From Perkinsela sp. CCAP 1560/9 (Eukaryota; Protista; Euglenozoa: Kinetoplastea): a stretch of 64,000 bases of DNA. The notes under the pieces are model-generated. The model searched no databases and was not told the DNA's origin. It worked only from the letters and a program-made list of their open reading frames with translations. This document shows positions 32,957 through 44,878 of the stretch, one piece after another. Within the stretch, counting starts at the first letter, position 1; each line of letters starts with the position of its first letter. The DNA lies in NCBI GenBank assembly GCA_965644495.1, contig CBFFSA010000006.1, forward strand, positions 620,001 to 684,000, given 5' to 3'. The translations under genes were made by a program, and so were the position numbers.

Positions 32957-33274
32957 CCGTATACCCCCCCCAGTAAGGTACCCCCCCAGTAAGAGAGATT
33001 TGGCCCTTCTTGGGCTGACCCCCAGTAAGAGAGATTTGGCTTGGGAGCCCAACAGGGGGCGTATAGGGGGTAGGGGGTGAGCGTCTGCATGTTGAGGGCC
33101 TCGGGGATAACCCAAAGAAGCGTTTTAACACGTTTTCAGAAGCAAAAAATAGAAAAAATTGTCAAAGAAGTTGGGAGAAAAGAGGAAACTGGCCAAAAAA
33201 GCATACCCCCCCCAATAAGAGAGATTTGGCCATTTCGACCCAAGACCCATTCTCCTCCTGGGGGGCGTATACGG
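32957..33274. mobile_element. TA-flanked MITE with CCGTATA termini (Tc2/pogo-like)
   Basis: TA|CCGTATACCCCCCCCAG … CTGGGGGGCGTATACGG|TA; internal cccca.taagagagatttggc repeats. Confidence 0.8.
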
Positions 33275-33863
33275 TAATAGAAGAAAAAAATATAAAAAGG
33301 GGCTCCGGTGGTCCAAAACTGAAAAAACAAAATTGAAAAAAATGGGGGATTTAGGGGGGGGGTCCAGGGGGGCATACGTCGCGAAATTTTTTTTCGATTT
33401 TTTTACTTTTCGAAATCGAGCGCAGGGAAGTGGTAGAGTAGGCCGCGGCGATAATTTTCCATCCCCCCCGGTACGCGCAGGAGGGGTCCAACAAGGTCAA
33501 AATTTCCGAAATTTTGGGGGTGACCCAAAAAAAAGTAAAAATATTCTTTTTCCAAAATCGACTCCTAAAACGCGTTTTAAGAGTTTTAGACCTCAGCTAC
33601 CATTCTGCGACATTTTTTTCGCCAGATTCGCCTCCTACGTCTATTGGTAAGGCATCAAAAACGGCCCAAATCTGGGGTAAATTTTCGCAATTTTCGCCTA
33701 AAAATCGAGCTGTTTCACCCAAAAAAATAGTTATTCAAGATCCTTTTTTGGCGATTTTTCTTTTTTAGGCTCTTCGTTAAACGCGGTGGTAGTTTTCAAC
33801 GCGAAGCGCACAGCATGAGTGAGTTCTAAGTTGAAAACAACCGCCGCGTTAAACGAAGAGCCT
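33275..33863 (-). repeat. Terminal-hairpin repeat family, copy B (inverted, right arm of the foldback)
   Basis: Reverse complement of 32259-32856; hairpin at 33767-33863. Confidence 0.85.
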
Positions 33864-34259
33864 GTGTTATTGTTGTTGTTGTTGTTGGTAACAAGAGCGC
33901 CTGCAATCCCCACATGCAAGCGCCGCAAGTACCACTCCAGCTCTCGGGCTCGACCCGAGTACGGGGACGCAAGGCTATCTTAGGTCGCTTCACCAGTGAC
34001 AATGAACACTCCGTAGTTAGCCTACCATGTGTCACTCCCACTGGGAGGGTTCCTGTTCGAGCACGAACGCCGCGTTTTGGAAATGCTGTGTATCATGGGA
34101 TACATACCACATATTACATGTCTGAAGATTCTGATTCGCGAAACCCTATCGTCCTACTGACGAACGTCGTACCAAATTCTTTATACCTATTCCACGCGTA
34201 CTGCAAACGGGTCCACGTGTTTAATCTCCTAGACTCAAGATCCGCTTGTGTGTAGTTTA

Positions 34260-36991
34260 TATTTGGTCGCGTACCGACATCTGCCAAATTTTACTGGCTT
34301 GGAATATCACATATTATGAGTCTGCCGAAGAAGGTGGTATGGGGAGCTACTATCTCATCCAACTTTTGAATCGGCGAGTATCCTTTTATAAAAGCTCGTG
34401 ATGCAGGCACGCTGTCACTGGCTATGATAACGTTCGAGAGACCTCGACGCAATGCTACTTGAATTGCGCGCGAGATGGCAGTTGCTTCGGCCAAAACTAC
34501 TTCAAGTTGACATTTTTCTTCTACAACGTATTCAGACAGAATGATTCCATTTTCTAGTGGCCAGACAGCCCATCGTGTGGTAGTGGCATCTACCGCGGCA
34601 TAAAAGACTCTTTTATTGCTTGCACCTTTTCGATGCATCTTCCAATCACATAGTTTTAAGTTCTTGTGATAAATTCGTTCGGAGAGAGATAATATTTGAT
34701 GTCTTACTTCAAGTGGAATGTTTTCTGTGTCCCAATTTTCCACTGTTCCGAGATCACTTTGATGTTTTGTTAATCTACCTAGCATTCGTTGAGGTATTCC
34801 CAGGATGGTAGAGGCGTGCCGAAAATAACCGCAGTATTGAAATAATGTGCGCGGTGTTAGAGTGGACAGGGCCTGTGCTGCGCTGTGCCAACATTGGACC
34901 CTATTAGGATCGACCTTCCATGAGAGATTTCCACTATTTTGTATTATTTGAATTCCGCAGTACGTGAATATGAATGAACTAGGTTCAAGGGTGATGTATT
35001 TTGCTACGACATTGCACGCCTGGAAGTTGTGTACCAGATGCCGGTACCATTCTCTAAGTTGATTATCTGATGATACAATTAGGAAGGAATCGTACATTAG
35101 GGCTATAAAGCCGAATCCATCTAGGCGCATGATTCCAGGTACATCAATGCTGTTAGAAGCGTTTTCGAGACATCCTGAATTAAGTGTACTGTCTTGGCGA
35201 TATAATATGATGCTCCACATCAGACTTTGGGCTATGCTGCATGCGTGCTTATAGCCCATGGGTAAGACGGTTGGTCGGAGAAACGTATTATCTTGCCGTA
35301 AACAGCACGCTTTCCCGAGCGTCGAAGAGATTGGTATTTGATAATACCAATTTCGGATGTCGCCATGCAGAAATCTGAGTTGCTTTGCGGCACAGTCTAC
35401 AAGACTAATCAGCGATTGAACAAGATCTTGCGTGCTGGGAATATTAAAATCAATGCCAGCAATTGTAGTTTTTTCATTGCACCATCGCAGGTCAAATATG
35501 GCGCGTGAATAGGTTTCGTCTTTGAAAACGGCCACACAAATATTTATTTACCCATAAATATTTATTTGCCCACACCTCGAACGACATCGGGTGCAACGGG
35601 TCTTAAAACACCGACGTCTGAAAGTGTTTGCAAATGGTTTCGATAGTGAACAGAGTTCGGCGCGTCAAGCTCATTATGAACATCTTCGAATGGCCTAGTC
35701 GAGAGTAATTCTACAGCTTGGCGCCCATAGGGGGTTTTTGTGAATAAAGCATGATGGACTTTCATTCCCCCAACATTTATCAATGGACATAGTGGGTCCC
35801 TATCGCTCGCGAATCCTCCGCGAGAAGCATTCTCGTATAGCATTACGTCTTCGTAGCATTCTACATAGTGCTGCACAGTGGACACCACTCTATTCACCAG
35901 TTAGATCTGAACTGGTGGGTAATACAGGCTATTACACAGTGGAGTCTAAAAACATTGTCATATCTAAAAGACATATTCTATATCCAAGCATATTTTTTTT
36001 TGAATTAAAAGACTTGTTTGTAATGCGTTGCATTAGGGCATAGAGTATTGCGTTACGGAATATTCAGACATCCACCGTCCACGACGAAGTCTAATTGATA
36101 AATCAACTCCTTGTCTTTTCAGATGGCCTTCTCCATCATGGCGAAGACTGTGAAAGCTCCATTTTTGATGCGGGTTCCACTTTAGTTCCGATGCGACCGT
36201 ATTGATTAATTTGTTTGCCTTAACTTTGTTCCAATTAGAGAATAACAATATACATTGTATATACTATTGTTGTTTTGTAGGAGGTGCCGCAATAGAAGCT
36301 TGACCTCTGGCGCTTCTACAGTATCGACTTCATGGCGTTGACGAGCCTTTCCACCACGAATACGAATTATCGCCTCGTCCGCTATTTCAACATCGTCTCT
36401 ACGGAGAGCATGTAACTGACTGTGCCGTAAGAGAGCGTAGAACGCAATCGCATACCCTTGAGCGTAAAAAAGTTCACCCATGTTGCTGTATGCGCGTGTT
36501 AATTCTCGAAGCTGTTCGTAAGTTATCGAGCCTCGGGGTTGGGGGTCCAAGCAGAGACGGCAGGCGCCTTTAAATCGCCTGCGAAAACGGAAAGATTGAG
36601 TACAACAGTTAAGATTGAGTCCAACAGTACAAATGGGCATATCCTCCAATTGACGCCACACCAGTGCCGCCCGAAATGATTCGAGGGTGGGGGCGCGGTA
36701 AAAACGAGAAACACTGACACAAAATGCAAGAAATGTTTCCTCAGTAATATTTGAAACACCTTGCACATCGAGTAACTCCTCCAGGCGCGAAAAGTAAAAT
36801 ATTCGCTTTTGCGCGGTCCTTGGGGCTACAGAAAGTTGCGCAAGTCGAAGATGATCTTGATTATACAATGAGCGTTGGATTCCCGACCTAATTTGGGAAT
36901 CGTTAACACGGCGTCGCCTATGAACAACCATCTGCTCCAAAAGCAAAAATAGGGACGAGAAAACTAAAATATATGAAATAAAGGAAAGCAC
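34260..36991 (-). mobile_element. Decayed tyrosine-recombinase retroelement (VIPER/TATE-like DIRS group): YR followed by RT-RNase H
   Basis: YR: FYALLRHSQL, GGKAR, FHSLRH, GRWMS…Y (36033-36991, frameshifted); RT: GDIRNWYYQIP, LPMGY, MYDSFL; RNase H: VDAT, EATA, ASDS, NLAD. Confidence 0.88.
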
Positions 36992-37478
36992 GTCGCGAAT
37001 ATGACGTCTAATGCGACGCTCCTATTTTTTAAATTTCTATGCTCATTTTTATGAGCAGAAACTAGATAGTGCTCAAGATAAATCTAAAATGAGCTATAGT
37101 GTGAGCTTGCCGACTGAGAGTATATGGGGATGTATTGTGCTGAATGCTTCATTCATAAAAAAATCGCTGTACGGATAACTTGAGTATGCTTATAGCACAA
37201 GTGTTTATAATGATATGGCGTATAGCACTCTATATTGCGTATATTAATGAAATTTTTGCTCTTATATTTAAAAATACTTTTCCGTTATAAAGTATAATGC
37301 ATAGAAATATTCGATGGAGTTCAACAAGTATTCGATGGTGTTCAACTCATGCTACTGATGTGTACTAGGTGAATGTATTCCGATAGTTTTTATTCCGAGT
37401 TGTTGTATAAATCCGATTACTAATATTTCTACAAAAGAAAAATATTAAAAATATTAAAAAAAAAGAAAAACAGATTAA

Positions 37479-37514
37479 AATTAACGATAAAGATACAGTT
37501 TCTGTACCTTGTTG
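37479..37514 (+). other. Spliced-leader exon-like sequence at the 5' end of the CRE element (no GT donor)
   Basis: AATTAACGATAAAGATACAGTTTCTGTACCTTGTTG contains the conserved kinetoplastid ACAGTTTCTGTAC core and ends in TTG; 29/31 identical to 9527-9557. Confidence 0.8.
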
Positions 37515-40500
37515 CTTTTCTTTCCTACTGACTTACAATACACCAATGAAAGACCCTCGGTCAGGGGGGAAACTGTGGTGTTGTCACTGTGGCACACGTT
37601 TTGTCCCACAGAGCCCCTCCCATCGCTTTCGCGGGAATTGCTCATCCAAATTCGTGTCTCCTCCCACACAACCTGCTATCAGGTCGTATCCGCCGCGCAA
37701 GGCTTTCGCACCGAAATCACTTCCCTCCCGACGCCCGCAAGAAATCCTGTGTGGGCTGCTCCGCCCCTTTTTACCCAGCGAGACCGTACTTTCGGTGGTG
37801 CGAGCCTTGCTCGGTATCACAATCGAACGCTTAGTCAGAATCCAAAACATGCGAAGTCCGCTCCTCCTCCTTTACCCCCGCGCGCCATTACTTTAGACGC
37901 TGCGATGAGTGTGACTTGCTACCCCCGCAGAAACGCACCATTGCTTCATCGTCGAAGCCCCCTCGTATCACCGCCTCCGCGAATCACATCCGTAGTGTGA
38001 CCTCAAAACTTTCGCCGCAGTCCACCGCCCCCTCCAAGAGAACTTATCGGTGCACATATGCTCAAGCACTCGAGTCACATTTTGGCGAACGTCCGAAGCC
38101 CTCTTTCGCTCCAATGGGCTGAAATACAAGCGCGCCCAAAGTGGTGCGACACCGCGCACTTACTCTCGATGAGCGCTTCTCATTAATTGAAAAGGCTCAG
38201 AAGGAGTCTCGGCCCCAGGTTATGAAAAGAACTCGGACGCCTAATGATGGATTCCTGGCCTATATAGAAGCATGCTCGGAAGCACACGAGTTCTCCTCAG
38301 CCGTGGCACAGCTGCTTGTCCAGGAGGAATTGTCCCGACACAAGATTTACGTCGCCAATTTACAGGTCATAAAACAGTACCACATCGCCTTGACCCGTAA
38401 ACTATCCATCACGAAAAAGCTGGGGCACGTATGCTCCACATGCAGCAAGCAATTCATGGACGCTTCACTCCTCCACGAACACCAACGAACCCATCTTGAA
38501 CATGACATTAAAAAGGCCTTCCGATTAGCTTTGGAAAGAGAGAAGACCCTCCTAGAATAAAGTAAAGCCTTTGAGACCGTCCTGTTGCCCATGGCCCGGT
38601 ACTCGGGCCTGCCTCACGACAGCCCCGATTCCCCTCTCGAGAAATTTCCGATATCCCCATAGAGGAGTGGATGTACGACGACGACAACGAGCGGGAACCG
38701 GGAGACACTAGTATAGATGTACGCCTGTGCTTTTCCCCGGACTCCGCTGCAAGTATACAGATAAAACAAATATCTCCCAGCCATTCCCTACAATTCGTCC
38801 GCGACAGGGTCTTTGAACACCGGTCTGCGCAACGAACTCGTGACCCTCTGCGAAACTCACTCCGGAAACAGCTTTGACCTAGACTGTGCCATTGGACAAC
38901 TTCCCGCCGGTACCTCTGTGAGCGCAGCGCTTCAATGCGCTTCCCAACCTAGCACGATCCCTCGCCACAGGACCGCAGTCTTTAGCTATCCCACGGGACG
39001 CACCCTTATCGTCATCCCCAAGATCACACCCCCCGACCGGTATCACTTTGCCCTTTGCAACCAAATCGGGATCGACACGGAATTTGCCTCTGCCTGGAGA
39101 GAGATTCCCTCCCAGGACGGACCGCTTTGGTGTTACGCCCCAGCCGAAGGCCTGATTGCCAAATCTGGATGGAGTAAAACGCAGATAGATATCGGTCTTA
39201 TGCGAGGGGGGGTGGAGGGGAACCCGGGCCCTCGAAACCCTTGTCCACACTTGTTCAGATTTAAATTTTCTCCGAAAACACAGAACACGTTGCTCCCCCA
39301 AGCATTACGCAACCCAATTTCCTTTTTTCCCTCCTCGTCGCTCTCCTCCGAAACGGGATGGAGCCGAATGTGCATGAAAACTGAACTTTTTCGGGGCGGG
39401 GTGGAACAAAACCAGGACCCAACACCTCGTACTCGGCTAAACGATCACTTCTCCTTCAATCTAACGACCGTTCTGCAACCCCCTTTTCCAGCTGGCATCA
39501 AGATGAAACCCGGGAATGTCCTGCCGAAGGCTGTTCCTGGAAAACGACTTCTCACGGCGGCCATTGGAAGGCCTTTTTCAAGCACGTAGCGACTCGACAC
39601 GGAGAAACCATCCCGGAGGATTGGTGGACCCTGCAGGGACGCTTCCTTTGCACCTCATGCGGACGAAACTATGATCTGGGAAAAAAAGACTCCCACCCAG
39701 GTACGTGCAGAGTGATCGATCTCGGCTCCCGCCCTATCATACATCCCCCTGGTACACCATCGGACACTTCCAGTTTCGCCGACGAAAATGCGGTTCCCAT
39801 CCCGGCGCAGGAAATAGAAGTCTCGGCCGTGCTGCCCTCCCTCGCTGAAATATGCTCTATCCCCATCAACACCTCCAAAAATGTCCCAGCCCGATGCCGC
39901 CAGCAATGGGCAGTTGTTCTCACCGGGGCTCTGTACGAGGTTGTGAATGACAACACAACCACTTCCTGGACGCTACTTGCAATGCTGCCAAAACGCGTGC
40001 TCCCCGCTCCCTATCGAGGAGGGCGGAAAGGGTTTACATCCTACACTAACTTCGTCAAACAGCGTTTACAACTTTGGCAAGCTCGTGATTTTTCCACCCT
40101 CTGGAGAGGTGCTGTCAATGGCCTCCAAAAGAAGCGCTCGATGCGCACCCGGGAAGGAATCGACGAAGAGACCCGGTCAGCCGTCCGTGCGGAACTCCTG
40201 GCACGATAAAGCGAATTTTCCAGAGCCATGACTGCGCTAACTGCATCACCTTTAGCACCGAATTCGCCCGAAACACTGTCCAAGCTGCAGGACAAGCACC
40301 CCAGTCGTCTCCCGCCGCCTACTTTCACCCAAACTTTCACTCCAGAGAAATCACATAGCCCCCTACAGCTCTCAGAAAAAGAAGTCGAGATGGCGATTAA
40401 AGCTTTTCACCGAGGTTCGTCGGGAGGTGCCATGGGACTTCGACCAGAACATCTCCGGGAGGCCTTTCTGGTGAATGCCGACTCTAGAGCTAAACCCTTA

Positions 40501-42600
40501 GCAGCCATTACTGAACTCGTAAATCTTCTTCTAGCTGGGAAAGCAAATCCCGCTTGTCAACAGTTTTTCGCAGGTGCCCGCCTGTGCGCGCTCCAGAAAG
40601 GCGCACACGACGTTCGCCCCATAGCCGTCGGGGAAACGATCCGCCGCCTCGCCAGCAAAGGGGCCTGTGCCGCGGTAAAATCTAAAGCACGCTCTCTTTT
40701 CCAGGGACAACAGTTCGGAGTAGTCACCGCAGCGGGCTCAGAAATAATCATACACCTCTGTAGGCGAACAATAGCTGCACACGCCGACGAGCCCTATTTT
40801 GCTCTAGGGAAGATAGACTTATCCAACGCCTTCAACAACGTATCTGGAACTGCTTTTCTTTCCTTGACACTCCAGCACTTTCCTGACCTGTACAAGTGGG
40901 TCGAATGGTGCCATGAAACCGAAAGCTGCCTTACATACGGATCGCAGACCATCCCTTCTGCAGAAGGGGTACAACAGGGGGACCCCCTTGGACCTCTTTT
41001 ATTCTCCCTGGCTATACAATACTTGGCGACATCAGTCATTAATGAGCTCCCTGAAGAACTCCCCCTCCACGTCTGGTACCTCGACGACGGGGTACTGGCC
41101 GGCAAAGCTTCGCTGATCCGGCATGCCCTCGACGTTATAGCGCACGAAGGAAAATAGTTTGGTCTCTTCCTAAACTCAACGAAATGCGAAATAGTGTTGA
41201 GCTCCTCCTCTGCGAGCTCCGCCACTTTATTTCCGGACATCCCCAGTTCAAGGATCCACCTCGACGGCAACTTCGACATCCTTGGGAGCCCAGTAGGATC
41301 AGAGCCGCATTGTTATGAGTTCCTCTCCAAGCAAGCGCTGGAACCCGCACAAGCCTCCCTGAGGGCTATAAAGAAAGTCACGGACCCCCAAGTCGCCCTG
41401 TCCCTGATACGGCAATGTTCCGGTTTCTGCCAGTTAGTCTTCTCCCTTCGTACTGCACCTCCACTATTCCTTTCAGAGCTTTGTTCGCGACTCGAAGCCT
41501 CGGTCCTCTAAGCTCTCGAAGACGCCATATGCACGCTAAACCCTTGTAGTCGAGCTCAAGCTCAGCGTAAAAAACGACACGGAGGTTTTGGGTTACACTC
41601 AACTTCCCTCCATGCATGCGCCGCTTACGTTACCTCTGTAGCCTTCGCCGCGCAACAAGACTACTGGGACCCGGCAGAAGCAGATGGCTTCTGCGAGGCT
41701 GCGTCACGCGTTAACTTCTTAGCGGGTTCACCCATCATCAACTCCGTCACGGTCCAGCTCCTACAGTCCTCGGACCCCGACCTTCCCTCTATTGGCCCCA
41801 AGTCAACATGACCTCACCAAAGCTATCGCGGCCCATGAATTTCACCTCGCATACAACGTCGCTGACGCACACAAACGAGTAAGATGGATTTCGCAGTCCG
41901 GAGAGGGTGCATCAAACTGGCTGTTTGCCTTACCGTCGAAGGAGATGGGGTACGCCTTTACGCCCACGGAGTTTCGTGCACTGGCCCGCTGGTGGTTGGG
42001 GGCCGACGTGTACCACGAATCCCGGCCATGCCCCATAGACAAATGTCCTCAGCCCCTGGGAACGGATGGGAGTCACGCCCTTGTCTGCAAGAGCGGTTAC
42101 GGGTTAATTTCCCGTCACAACGCGCTTGCGGAACATTTCTGCGACGTGTGCAGCAAGGCACACCTCGCCCCACAACGAGAAAAAAGCCTGGGGAACTACA
42201 GCCCGGGTGGCGGCCTTACCAGGCCCGCGGACATTTTCCTGCCGAACTTTGGCTTGGCGACCTCTCTGGTGTTAGACTTCTGTGTGATACACGTTAGACC
42301 AATTATACGGACGTGGTGCGAGGTGCTAACGTGGGAAAAGCAGGATGTTTCGCCGAGAGGTACGCCTCCGAGCACAAAAGTTCGGAGCGTCTGGAGGCGG
42401 AGTCCGCGGGGCACAAATTCACCGCAATAGCGGTGGAGTCCTTCGGATCCTGGTCCGACAGTGCCATGGGCATCTTGCGCCAGGTGGTCGAACGTCGCTC
42501 TGCAGCATCCCAGGGTACCCTCTCTCCATTACGCACGTAATGGCGAGGAAAGTAGGGAAAGTTCGAAGTTGAAAGTTGTAATACTCTAAAAAAAAACAAG
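37515..42600 (+). mobile_element. Decayed CRE/SLACS/CZAR-clade non-LTR retrotransposon (C2H2, 2A-like motifs, Zn finger, RT, restriction-like endonuclease)
   Basis: CSTCSKQF…HQRTH; CPAEGC…H…H; GLRPEHL, RPIAVGE..RRL, QFGV, DLSNAFN, GVQQGDPLGP, WYLDDG, GGFGL; HALVC…RHN…RPADI…LDF…VESFG; stops and frameshifts. Confidence 0.92.
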
Positions 42601-42639
42601 CACACGTGCAAGATGGATATCAGAGTCCTGAAAAGGTGC

Positions 42640-43360
42640 CGGGAGCTGGGCTTTCGTGACTCCTTCGCGGACCAAGGGATACGTTTTCACTCCCACAGAG
42701 TTCCGTACCTTATCCCGCTGGTGGTTGGGCATGGATGTCTATCCAGAGGATCGACCTTGTCCAGCAAAAGGATGTGACTTACCACTCCTAAAAAATGGGG
42801 AACACGCTCTGATTTGTAAGAACGGGCACGGTCTCATCACCCGCCACAATGCGGTCTGCCAACAGTTCACCTCCCTCTGCAGCAAGGCCAATATGGCTCC
42901 GCAAAGGGAAAAAAGTCTCGGAAATCGGGGACCCGGAGGAGGTCTCACCAGACCAGGCGATGTTTTTCTTCCCAACTATGAACCGGGAGGTGGCGTGGTT
43001 CTAGACTTCGCAGTCACTCACGCACAGCAATTGAAGTATTTGGACTCAGTCCGTAATGCTAGCTGGGTGGCTGCGGGGCCTTTTGCTGAACACTTCTCTG
43101 AAACGAAAGGGAAACAGCGCCAGGAAGCGGAAGCGGAAGCGGAAGCGGCTCAGTTACTGTTCACAGCCATGGTTGTTGAGTCCTTCGGCTCATGGAGCAG
43201 AAGTACCTTGACGGTCCTGTGGAAGGTGGGAGCGTTACGTGCCAACGCGTCGAACGGTCTTTTGACACACTCAGGCACGAAACATCCTCTTGCAAGAGCT
43301 TAATATCACGTTGATGCGTTCCCAGGCTTGGATGATGGTCTCCAGGATAGTTGTCAGTGA
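42640..43360 (+). mobile_element. Second, 5'-truncated CRE-like fragment (endonuclease module only)
   Basis: FTPTEFRTLSRWWLG, CPAKGC, HALIC, RHN, RPGDVFLP, VLDFAVTH, VESFGSWS; divergent paralogue of 41792-42500. Confidence 0.88.
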
Positions 43361-44283
43361 CCCTAACGCCCCCCTTGAAGGCGCTTAGGGGCATGGCGAA
43401 GGCGCCATGCGCAGGGCCACACACCGCTGGCCCGGATGCTGGTCGAGTCGACAGAGTCTATTCTCACGCCTAGTCGGTCAGGGCTAGGTACCCCAAGTGA
43501 GGTAGTACACTGGTAGTGAATCTCCTCCCCGTCGGCCAGCATCCTGTTTCGCGACCGTGTCGCTGTCGACACAGGCCCGCGCCTGCGCCCTCCCATATAA
43601 CAAGGGAAGGGTTCCCAAGTCAGGCCGTGGAGAGGTCGAAATAGCAAGCAACACCACGGAATAGCAAGCACACCACGCGCTGTAGATCCAGGCGCGGCAC
43701 TTGCAGCCGCGATTTCCAAGAGCGGTTCGGTCGCTATTTATGTTTTTACAAACTCCGTGGCTTGCGGGAGTAGCTGGAGAAGGTCCTCCCGAACAGTCAC
43801 TCCCAAGCGCTTTAGGGTGCATACTCCGCGAAAAGCAGATCAAGAGATGCAGCTGTGCTGCCTGGCATAAGTTCTGGAAGAGCTTCGCTCATAAGATAAG
43901 GTTAACAGATGATATATACGTATTAGAAGCTACGGATAAGTGCAAGTCTCGCTTTTGTAGACGCATATAGAAGTCGAGATGCTCATGTGATTACTGTGTA
44001 ACAGTATGAAAAGTTTTGTTAACGTTCTAAAATAGAATAACGCATATTAGTTTACATAAACCATCCGCAACTTTTCGCTATTCGTCAATCATTTCAGTGG
44101 AGCACATACATGTATACATCTATGTACTGTAGGCTCTCTCACTGTGGTTTGTTAGGTCACGATAGACCATACGGCAAAGGGAAGTGACAGTGAGTACATT
44201 TTTCTTCTGAACCTGCAGGTTTCTGAAACGGTTTTCTAACATTGCATACCAGTATCTAGTTTGGACCTTTTAACATTCCGTTT

Positions 44284-44495
44284 TAAGGAGTCTTTTCTCC
44301 ACTCGCCCCGTGGTCACACCTTCTTCACTCGTATTCAGTGAGAGGCATATTCTAAGGAGTCTGTGCTCCACGCGCTCCGTGGCGCATCTTCTTCACTCGT
44401 ATTCAGTGAGAGGCATATTCTAAGGAGTCTGTGCTCCACGCGCTCCGTGGCGCACCTTCTTCACTCGTATTCACTGAGAGGCATATTCTAATAAG
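44284..44495. repeat. 68-bp tandem repeat, ~3 copies
   Basis: cttcactc at 44323, 44391 and 44459; unit taaggagtctgtgctccacgcgctccgtggcgca.cttcttcactcgtattcagtgagaggcatattc. Confidence 0.9.
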
Positions 44496-44771
44496 TCTCC
44501 GCTGTACACGCCCGGTATAAATTCAACGTATAGAAAAAAAGGAAGACGTATCGCGCATGCGCTGCGTCCCCAGGGCTCACGTCCGACCTTTGCCCGTTGC
44601 AGGAAGTGCGCGTGACTGCCCGGAGTCGGTACTAGTCAAGCATTACTTCCCTGGAACTGCTATCTTATCGATAGTACGCCGACCTTCATTAGACAAAAAT
44701 AGAGAAAAAAATAGAGAGAAAAAACAGAGACAGAAAAGGAACCGGTCGTATTGAAATTTTATGAAAAAATA

Positions 44772-44878
44772 CTGATCCCCCACTTAAGAGTCCGGACAAT
44801 TGTGAGCCCCCGCTTAAGAGTCCAAATGCCCAAAATCGGCGAAAATGCCCAAAATCGACTCTTAAGTAAGGGGGACAG
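44772..44878. mobile_element. ~107-bp TA-flanked MITE
   Basis: TA|CTGATCCCCCACTTAAGAGTC … GACTCTTAAGTAAGGGGGACAG|TA. Confidence 0.65.

Noticed and set aside
32582-33768. Short ORFs across the foldback and at 46035-46438 and 62753-63166
   Set aside because: Low-complexity translations of non-coding homopolymer-rich repeats
39415-41810. Genome-wide stop-codon reassignment (Blastocrithidia-like)
   Set aside because: Host genes have no in-frame stops and terminate at TAA, TAG and TGA; internal stops occur only in decayed elements
44284-44495. CRISPR array
   Set aside because: Units are near-identical with no unique spacers; eukaryotic context and no cas genes
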